Shown here in pieces: positions 36,456-46,100 of a stretch of DNA of 64,000 nt; the first letter of the stretch is position 1; every line of letters begins with the position of its first letter. The notes beneath the pieces are model-generated. The model was given only the letters and a program-made list of their open reading frames with translations, did not search any database and was not told the origin of the DNA. Source of the DNA: an uncultured bacterium (lineage in GTDB: Bacteria > Bacillota > Clostridia > Oscillospirales > Oscillospiraceae); assembly GCA_949293245.1 (NCBI GenBank), contig CASFCS010000002.1, positions 637 to 64,636 on the forward strand. Direction: 5' to 3'. The translations under genes and the position numbers were made by a program.

Positions 36456-36815
36456 TCAGGACCGGTCCTCCAGAGCCTCCTCCCAGGCCTCCTGGCGGAA
36501 GCCCACCAGGACGGTCTTTCCCGTCACCAGGATGGGCCGCTTGACCAGCATACCGTCCCCCGCCAGCAGCTGCAGCTGCTCCTCCCGGCCCAGCCCCGGC
36601 AGCTTGTCCTTCAGGCCCAGCTCCCGGTACTGCTGGCCGCTGGTATTGAAAAACTTCTTCAGGGGCAGACCGCTGGCCTCCTGCCAGGTCTCCAGCTCCT
36701 CCCGGGTGGGGTTTTGCTGGCGGATGTCCCGCAGATCATAGGAAATGCCCCGGCTGTCCAGCCATTTTCTGGCCTTCTGACAGGTGGAGCACTTGGGATA
36801 ACAGACAAACAGCAT
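36456..36815 (-). CDS. ArsC/Spx/YffB-family thioredoxin-fold protein
   Basis: From ATG 36815 (SD AAAAAGGAGAGAG): MLFVCYPKCSTCQKARKWLDSRGISYDLRDI...FFNTSGQQYRELGL...VKRPILV. Confidence 0.85.
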   Translation of the reverse strand: MLFVCYPKCSTCQKARKWLDSRGISYDLRDIRQQNPTREELETWQEASGLPLKKFFNTSGQQYRELGLKDKLPGLGREEQLQLLAGDGMLVKRPILVTGKTVLVGFRQEAWEEALEDRS

Positions 36816-36941
36816 ACCGCTCTCTCCTTTTTCGTAGTGGGGCCGCCTGGGCGGTTCCCTGTCCATAATATCACAGCCCCGCTTCTGTGTCATCCCGTTT
36901 CCTCCGGGACCCGGGCGGACAAAATTTTTTTGAAAAAACCG

Positions 36942-36970
36942 TTGACAGACCTGCGGCGGCATGGTAGGAT
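36942..36970 (+). promoter_or_regulatory. Near-consensus extended -10 sigma-A promoter with no downstream plus-strand ORF
   Basis: An A/T-rich UP-like tract AAAATTTTTTTGAAAAAA precedes -35 TTGACA (36942-36947). After a 17-bp spacer comes TGg TAGGAT (TG at 36962-36963, -10 at 36965-36970). Confidence 0.55.
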
Positions 36971-36976
36971 ATCTCC

Positions 36977-37146
36977 AGAGTTAGTTATAGCTAACTTCAC
37001 ATAATCTCCTTCCTCCCATGTTCCGAACCGGGGAACTCAACGCCCGCGCTGTTTCCAGCGCGGGCGTTTCCCTGTCTCATGGGGGATCCATACACAGCGG
37101 GGGCGGCGGGGATCTCTCCCCGCCGCCCCCGCTTCTCTTTTGATTT
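36977..37146 (+). ncRNA. Candidate ~170-nt structured small RNA (promoter to terminator, non-coding)
   Basis: It lies between the promoter above and the hairpin GCGGGGGCGGCGGGGA TCTC TCCCCGCCGCCCCCGC plus TTCTCTTTTGATTT (37097-37146). Internal hairpins are GTTAG..CTAAC (36981-36996), GTTCC..GGAAC (37020-37036) and AACGCCCGCGCTG..CAGCGCGGGCGTT (37039-37068). A single-stranded CU-rich CTCCTTCCTCCC lies at 37006-37017. Boundaries are inferred only. Confidence 0.35.
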
Positions 37147-37152
37147 GGGCGC

Positions 37153-40100
37153 TTACCGGGTGATGGCGCCCACGAAGCGCATGAGGATGGTGGCGATCTG
37201 GGCCCGGGTGGCCTCTCCCTGGGGAGCCAGGGTGCTGTTGCCCATGCCGGCCATGAGGCCCGCATCCAAAGCCCAGGACAGGCCGTTGACAGCCCAGAAG
37301 CCCACGCTGTCACCGTCCCGGAAGGCGCTCAGGTCGCCCCGGCCGCTGACGTCATAGCCCTTGTAGGCCGCGTAGCGGTACAGGATGGTGGCCATCTGCT
37401 CCCGGGTGATGTCGTCCTCGGGGCCGAAGAGACCGTGGCCGTAGCCGTTGATCACGCCGCTCTCCTCGCCCCATTTCACCGCCTGGGTGTACCAGGTGTC
37501 CTCCGGCACATCGGTGAAGCTGGAAACGCCGGTGACTGCGGGCTCGCCCTCCAGCCGGTACAGGATGGTGACAATCATGGCCCGGGTGGTGCTCATGTTG
37601 GGAGCGAAGAGGGTGCCGCTGACTCCCGCCATCAGGTCGCTGCGGTAGACAAACTCCACCGCCTCGCGGAACCAGTCGTCCTCCTCCACGTCGGTGAAAG
37701 GCAGCGCGTGGCTCTTGTTGTCAATGACGATGACATACTGGGAGGCGTGGGTGATGGGCAGGGAGGCGGTGCCATGGGTGGAAATGCGGCCCGCGCTCTC
37801 AAAGCGGACGCGGCCCTCGGCCTCGTCATAGTGGTATAGGTTGGCCCAGTAGCCCCCGTTCTCCTCCCCCAGGGGGGCGGTGAGGGTGAGCTTGAAGCCG
37901 AAGGTTCCGTCGTGGGCCAGGGTGACCTGGACGGTGCTCCGCTCCCCGGTGATGGTGTTGATCACGTCCACAGGGATGCCGTCGGTGCCCATGGTGACGC
38001 CCATGTCCAGGTCGTCAAAGTCCGTGCCGGTGGGCAGGTCCTCGCCCTTGATGGTCCACTTCAGGTCGTCGCCCATCTCCAGGTCCACCGTGACGTCCTT
38101 GCCCGCGATGGTGTCCAGGATCTCGCCGGGCAGGATGGTCTCGCCGCCCATGTCGATGACGATGGTGTCGCCTTCCTCGGCCTTCTCCAGCTCCTCCAGG
38201 ATCTCGTCCCAGCCGTTGGAGCCGTCGGTGCTGGGGCCGTCGTCGGGAGCCACGATGGAGCCGCCGCCGATACCGCCGCCGGTGGACTCTTTCTCAAAGG
38301 TGGCCGCAATGGTAACGTGGTCGGTGTCCTGCACGGTGTAGGTGCTGCCGCTGGTGACGGAAGTGCCGTTGACGGTGAGGCTCTTCAGGGTGTAGCCGCT
38401 GTTGGCAGCAGCAGTAATGACCAGCTGGTCATTTTCCTGGAGGGCGGCGCCGCTGCTCAGGGTCTCGTCGTTCCGCTTGACGGTGATGGTGCCGTTGGCG
38501 GTCTCGGTGATGACCAGGGGGATACCGGAGACCACGGTGGCGGTCAGGTTGATGTTCTCCTGGACGTTCTCCACGGTGACGGTCCAGCTGCCGTCGGCGT
38601 TCTGGCTGGCGGTGCCGCCGTTGTTCACGGTCAGGGCGGTAATGGTCTCGCCCTCGGCGGGCTTCACCGTAAAGGTGACGTCGCCGCCCTCGCGGATCTG
38701 ATTGGCTCCGCCGTAGTCTGCGGGGTCCTTGACAATGTCGGTGATGGTGTAGTTCTCGGTGCTCTCAGGCAGGCTATAGAGCGTCAGGTCCTCGAACTCC
38801 ACGGTAACAGTGGTGATCTCGCTCAAGCTGTCGATGGTCAGGGTGTTGGACAGGTTGTCTTGCACCTGGCCGTTGACGGTCCATACCTTGACCGCCTTGC
38901 CCTCGTCAGGCGCGGCGGTGAACACCAGCTTGCTGCCGCCGGGGAGGGGCTGGCCGTTCTCGCCGGGGGTGAAGGCGCTGCCGTCTGCCGTGGCGCTCAG
39001 GCTGCCGCCGGAGCCGTTCACGGAAAACTTTACATTGTAGGAGACCTGCTGGGCAAAGACGGCCTCAACAGTCATATCCTCGGTGATGTTGTCCAGCACC
39101 AGGGGCTCGCCCACCTTGCCGGCCGTCTCCGCCCCGTTGACCAGCCAGTGGATCAGATCGTAGTAGGGATCGGCCGTGGCGGTGAGGGTGACGTTGCCGC
39201 CGTGGTTCACGGTGACGGGGCTCTCGCCCTGCTCGCAGGTCACGGAGCCGCCCTGGTTGGCGGAGAAGGTGACGGTGTGGGTGGTGGATGCCATAGTCAC
39301 GGACACGATGGTGTTGGACTCGATGGTCACCGTGTGGCTGGTGGAAGTGCTGTCCACCCGCTGGCCGTTGACGGTCCAGTAGAACACCTGGTAGCCCTCG
39401 TCGGGCTCCGCAGTAAAGGTGACCTGGGTACCGCCGGTGACAGTGCTGTTGCTTTCCACAGGAGCGGTCAGGGTACCGTTGGCGGGCTGATCGTAGATTA
39501 GGGTGTAGCTGCCGCCGGTGAAGGTCACACCGATGACGTAGCTGCTGACCGGCTCGGTCTCGGCCATGCCGTTGGGCACGGTCCAGGTGAAGGAGCTGCC
39601 CGCAGCATTTTCCACTTTCTGGCCGTTTACCGTCCAGCCGCTGATCTGATAACCGTCCTCGGGAACGGCGTTAAAGGTGACTGAGGTGCCGCCGCGGATC
39701 TTTGCGCTGTCGCCGGTATAGCCATTGGCAGAAACGCTGCCGTGGCTGCCCGCCGTCCAGGAGACGTCGTACTCCACCTGCTGATAGACTGCGTTGATCA
39801 CGGCGCCAATGGTGCCGTTTTCGGGGGCGGTGTAGGTGAAGGTGTCGCTGGCGGAGTCGGCCTGCTCTACACCGTTGACCGTCCAGTGCTGGATCTCATA
39901 GCCGGGATTGCCCTGGGCAGTGATGGTCACAGTGGCGCCGGGATTCAGCGTGGCGCCGCTATGGATCTCGTTGCCGCCTAGTTGGGCGGAGGTGATGGTA
40001 CCGTTCACCGCGCCGAAGGTGACGCTGGAGCCCACATAGGTATATTCCACCGTGATGGTGTGGGCGCGGGACAGATTTTCTGTGGCCAGACGCAGGGTAG

Positions 40101-43100
40101 TGCCGATGTAGTTGGCGCTGCCGTCCTGGGTCTTGATGGTCTCCACCTCGCCCTGGTCATTGACCCAGGTCCAGGCCTGGACCCGGTAGCCCTCGTCAGG
40201 CGTTGCGGTGAGAGTGACGGTGGAGTCCTTGAAGATGGACGTGCCGCTGGTGAAGGCGTCCTGCTTGTAGGCGTCCATGCCCTTGCGCTCGGCTACGGCG
40301 GACAGGGTGCCGTTGGTGCCGCCCTCCTCCTCGCCGTTGGTGTCCACCACGGAGAAGGTGATGGCATGGGCGTTCAGTTCGGTCCAGACAGGCGTGATGG
40401 TTCGATCCCCCTGGACATTGGAAATAATGTAGGTCTTGTCGTCGGTGGTCTCGCCGGTACCGTCGGTATAGCCGGCGGCAATACTGTCGGCCACCACATA
40501 GCCCTTGTCAGGGCTGAGCGTGACCAGCACATCAGTGTCAAAATCCACATAGTCGCCGTCTGTCAGCGTCTTTTCCGCACCGTCCGTAGTACCCTTGGCC
40601 TCCACAGTGCCGCCATCGGCGGTATTGATGGTCACAACAGGCTTACCCTGGAAGACAGCGGTAACAGTCAGGCCGTTTTCGGGCACCGGGACAGTGGAGG
40701 TCTTGGGGCCGTTGGTCTTGTTCTCATTAACGCTCTCGCCGTTGATGGTATCCGCCACATACCCGACGCCCGGGGTGGCAGTGACAATAACACTGCTGCC
40801 GAAGTCTACATAGTCACCGTTTGTCAGCGTCTTTTCAGCACCATTTACAGTACCGGTGACAGCAATCTCACCGTTGGAGGGCTGGCTGATGGTTACGGTA
40901 GGCTTGGCGGTCAACTCCGCAGAGATCGTCTGGCCAGCCGTCACATTTTGAACGGTGTTGCTCTGGGAACCGTTGACCTTGCCCGTGTTGACCTCAGTAT
41001 TGCAGATCTTGGTCACCACATGGCTGTCCGCCGGGGTCACGGTGACGGTGAGGTCGGTGCCGTAATCCACATAGCCGCTGTCAGTCACGGTCTGATCAGC
41101 CACGCCGTTGACGGTGCCGGTGACGGCAATGGTGCCGTTGTCAGGCTGGGTAATGGTCACAACAGGCTTGGCCCGGAAGGTGACCTCCACGCTGACGTCG
41201 CCGGACAGGTTGGGGATCTGCCAGGTCTGGCTGTTCAGCTCTCCGGTGGCCTGAATCGCCTCGCCGTTCACCGTCCAGCCCGCGATCTCGTAGCCGTCCT
41301 TTGCCGCGGCGGTGAACAGGATGGCCGAGCCCTGGGTCTGCTCCTGCCCGGAGGTGAGGTTGGTGCCGGTGGCGCCGATCTTGGCCGCCGTCACGGAACC
41401 CACAGTGTCGCCGAAATCGCCGCCCTCCAGTGCGCCGCCGAACTCCACCTGGAAGGTGTTCAGGGCGGCGCACTTGACGGTGAAGTCGGTGACGCTCTGG
41501 AGGTTGTAGAGGGTCATGGTCTGGCTCTGGTTGGAGAGAGAGCCGGTGGTCTGGCCCTCACCCACGGTCCACTCCTGCACCAGCACGCCGGAGGGCGGGG
41601 TGACGGTGATGGTCAGGTTCTCGCCGGTCTTGCCCTCATAGACAAAGGCGTTTTTCTCGCCGTCCCAGGTCAGGGGCGTCCCGTTGACCGTGACGGTGGC
41701 ATTCACAAGGGGCGCGCCGCCGTTGTCCACGGGCTTGATGGTGACCGGGAGGGTCTCTTCTTTGGTGAAGTACACCGTGACGGTCATGTCCTCGCTGAAC
41801 TGGGAGAAGTCGCTGCTCTCACCGGTGAAATAGCTCACGCCGTCGGGGGCCATCAGGGTCTGGGCCTCGTCGTCCCCCTTCTGCACGGTCCAGTGGTGGA
41901 CGGTATAGTCCTCCTCTGGAAGGGCGGCCACCCGGACGGTCTGGTTGTAGTTGACAGCGTTGCCCGAGGCGCAGGTGTTGCCCTGGACGCCGCCCTCCAC
42001 ATAGTAGGCCGTGACCTGGCCGTGGGCCTCGCCGGCGTCGTCCGCGTTTGCCGCCCCATAGGTCAGCTTGCTGCTGCCCAGGGCGAACTCCACGGAGATG
42101 GTGTATTCCTCGTCCAGGCTGCTGATGGTATAGGTGGAACTGGTTACCAGGCTACCGCCGAGCTCTGTCACATACGCACCGTTCACCATCCAGCAGCTGA
42201 CCACATAGCCGGTGGCAGGGACGGCGGTGACGGTCACCTGGCTGCCCTCCGGCAGGTTGGTGCCGCTCTGGACGGGCACAGTGGCGGAATTGCCGTCCGC
42301 CTGGTAGCTGATGGACACGGAGCCGTTGGCCCCGGCGGTGGCGGTGACCGGGTAGGCCTTGCTGGTGAGGGTGTAGGTAGCCCCCTGGGTGATGATGTTG
42401 TAGTTGGCCTGGTGGCCATTCACTGTGTCGCTGGTATCCACAAGCGCCACCTGGATGGGGTAGGTGCCGGGGATAGTGGCGGTGGTACCGTCGGAGGTGA
42501 CGGTGTAGTCGATGCCCTTGGTCAGGCTGACCGTCTGCCCGTTGTTGGTGGTGATGGTGACATCCGCAGGTTCACGCTCGCTGCCATTGACGGCCCTCTT
42601 GGTATCCTGGGCCGCAAGGGTCAGGGTGGCCTTGCCCACGGAGATCACGGCGGAGGCGGTGAGGTTGTCATTTTTGGCCGTGATGCGGAAGGTGCCCACG
42701 GCCAGCGGGGTGAAGCTGCCGCCGTTCAGGGTGTAGTCGGTGTTTTCGGCAGTCGCATACTCACCGTTACTGCCCCGCTTCTCCACGGTATAGTCGGCGC
42801 TGGCAGTCACATCGGCGCTGCTGGCCGTTCCGCGCTCACTCACCGTCAGCTTGGTGACGGCCAGGGTCCCCGCCTGCCAGTAGAGCATATTGGTGGGGGC
42901 GGACATGCTCAGGGAGGAGGTAGCCATGTTCGCCACCTGCACCGCGGAATAGACGGTGGCAGGGGTGGACTGGCTGGACAGATAGAGGTCGTTGCCCGCA
43001 AAGACCGCCGTGATGGTGAGCTTGCCCGTCAGGGTGGGGGTCCACTGGGCGGCGTAGCACTTTTCGGTATCATCCCAAACGGCCTCCACGGTCTCGCCGG

Positions 43101-46100
43101 AGCTGCCGTTGGAGATGGAGAAGTATACCCGGTTACCAGTTCCGGTGATGGACGCGGAGCCGGAGGATGTGGCTGCGGGGGTGGCCGTCAGGGTGTAGGC
43201 CTTGCCGTCACTGGTATGGGTCTGGGTGGTGGTAGTGGTACTGGTGGTGGCCTGGAAGGCGGTGGCCAGGGTGGAGACGTCCAGGGTGACCGCCGGTGTT
43301 TCATCACCCGCCGCCTGCACCGTAATCACATTGGTGTAGGTGACGGTGCAGACGGTGTAGGTGCTGCCGCCCGCAGTATAGAAGGTCTCGGTCTCCACAA
43401 CGCCGTCCACCGTACGGGTGGCCTCGTAGACGGTGCAGCCATCGCCCGTCCAGGACCGCTTGGCGGTGTAGGAATCGCCGCCCTCAGGGTCGGGGATGGT
43501 GATGTTCTGTTCTTCCTCGGGAATCTCCGTGGGCCCGGACAGCTCCACTTCCTCGCCGCCAATGGTAGTGGTGTAGTCGGTGGCGGTAAGGGTCTGCTGG
43601 ATTCCGATATTGTCCGCATTAAATGCCGCATCGGTACCGAACAGGCCGTCACTGACCGTGGGAAGGGCTTTAGCGGCGTAATAATTGGTGCCGTCGAACC
43701 AGTAGTAATAGGTCTGGTCAGAGACCTTGGCGGTGAGCAGGGTATAGGTCTTATTATCCTTTGTCACCGACACGGCCTTCCTGCCGCTGACAGTACCCTC
43801 GCCGGTGGTGATCACGGAGCCCTTGGCGCTGAGGACGGTATTGCCCGTGACCTGGCTATCCCCGTCCAGGATGCTCATGGTGATCCGGCTGTCCGCCTTG
43901 TTTACGATCAGGGTGGCGGGGGCGGTGAACAGCTCGTACTGGTCGTAGTAGATGCGGCAGCGGTACTGCCAGCCGTCCATCTCCTGGGTGACGTTGTTCA
44001 GGGTCAGCCCGGTGGAGGCGGCCCCCGTGACGCCGGTCTCGGAAACCTTCTTCCAGCCGGCGGCCCGGCCGGTCTCGTTCACCTGCCACTCATAGCCCAC
44101 GGTGCCGTAGCCCCCCTGGCCGCTGCCCCGGGCCTCAAATTGAGCGGAGCCGCCGGCATGGGCATGGGCATCGCCGGGGTGCTCCACAATGCTGAACGAG
44201 GCGTTGTCCGACATGGTGGTGGCGGTGACGTCGGGGCTGTAAATGCTGCCCACGCCGCTGCTGCTGATGGCCTGGATGGCGTAAGTATAGGTGGTGTTGG
44301 GGTTGCGGCCCTCATGGCGGTAGCTCTCCGCGGTGTAGGGCAGCACGGCCACCTGGTTGTAGTTGCCGGTGGTGGTCTTCTGGTAGAGGATGTAGGAGGA
44401 CGCGTTGCCGCCGCTCTCCCACTCCAGGTCCACATAGTCGGTGCCCGCCTGGGTGACGGTGAGGTTCTGGGGCATTCTGGGGGGCTGGACCACGTTTATT
44501 ACGTCATAGCCCACCACCCAGACGTCGTTGCCTCCCAGGGTGGCCCGGTTCACCAGCAGCTTCCAGGAGAAGCCGTAATTGGTGGCCTCCTCGGGCAGGG
44601 CGTCCACGGTGCCGGAGAAGGAGGTGCCCTCCGTCCTGGACCAGCCTCCGCTGCCCGAAGCTGCAATGTTGCCCATGGCGCCGAACATCAGCTCGTTGCC
44701 CAGGCCGCCGCCGCCCGCGCCAACCTTGAAGTTGAAGTCAAAGCCCACCGAGAAAGAGTGCTCGTCGGTCTCGGAGAAGGAGAACTCCTGGGTGATGTCG
44801 CTGCCGCTGCCGGCGGAGGAAGACTGTGCATAGGTTCCGTAGCTCCCCTCGGTCTCGCCCGCCGGCTGGTTGTTCACATAGGTCTCCGGCTGGCCGGGGG
44901 TGCTGTACAGGATGTTGCCCCGGACGGGCTCCAGTCCGGCGGTGGAGGCGGCCACCTCGTCATAGGCGTCCACATCCAGCATGGTGACCACCGCCTGGAG
45001 GGGCGTGGTCATAACCACCTGATCCCAGGTGCCGGACGCTTCACTGGTACCGGGCGTATAGACCTCGTAAATGTAGAGCACGTTGGGGACGGTGTACACC
45101 ACCACCTTGTCTCCGCCGCCTGCCTGGTTATTATAGGAGATGGCCGTCTCCTTGTCTGAGGAGTAACTGTAATCATAGCTGGCTGTGGCCACCAGGGAAA
45201 ATTCATATTCCGCTGCTGCCACCGCCTGTACTGTGGCGCTGTGATAAAAACCGTAGGAGCCGGAGATGGAGGCGCCGCCGGTGGTGCTGGAGCCCTGGCT
45301 CTCCCCGTAGGATGTGCCGCCGTTGCCGATGTAGCCGTAGACCTCCTCCAGGTCGGAGAAGTAGGGGCTGGCCTGGAGCACCGCGAATACCTCAGGGTCG
45401 GTGTAGATGATGCCCTTGTCCACGAACTTCATCACCACCGAGTCGTTGCCCACATCGGGCAGGGCCAGGCTCACGAAGGTGCCGTATGTGTCGTTGCGGG
45501 CGTTGGACTTGGCCATGACACCCTCGAAGAGGATAAAGTAGCCCTTATCGGCTTCATCCTCGCTGGCAGTCTCTCTCCTCCAGATGGCGCCCAGGTCCAT
45601 GTAGTAGTAGTCGTCGCTGGTGTTGATCTCGCTCTTGCGGTGGACGCCGGTGACGAAGAGGAACATCTCCCGCCAGCCATTCTCGCTGGGGTCGGAGTCC
45701 ACGGTGCCCACCACCACGTCGCCGATCCAGGGCTGTTCCTTGTCCCGGTTGTTGTTCTTGTCATCCACCTGGGTCATGCAGAAGTCGAAGGAGAAGAGCT
45801 CGCTGCCGAAGCCGGTCTCCAGGCTGAACTGCATGACCTGGGTGCCGAAGAGCACCTGGTCGCTGACGCTCTGCACGTTGGAGCCGTCCAGGTCGCCGCA
45901 GGCCACGGCCATAGGGGCCAGGGTGGGGTACACCCGCACGCCGTTGCCGCCGTTCTCCTGGCCCTCCAGGTTGAAGACCTGGGAGATGGACTTGGTGTTG
46001 CCCCCCAGGTCCTTGGACCGGTAGCCGGACTGGACATACTGCCCGGTGGTGTAGTCGTAGTAGACGTAATAATAGGCGCCCTGGCTGTATCCGGCGGAGG

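Noticed and set aside
36893-37143. Small ORFs in the candidate sRNA region: a 35-codon GTG ORF on minus (37000 down to 36893, behind GGGAGGAAGGAG) and a 41-codon ATG ORF on plus (37018-37143)
   Set aside because: The minus ORF has A/T-rich third positions and would run through the ArsC-like gene's promoter. The plus ORF has no SD and its 3' half is simply the terminator stem. I cannot fully exclude the minus-strand peptide, so it is noted here rather than called.
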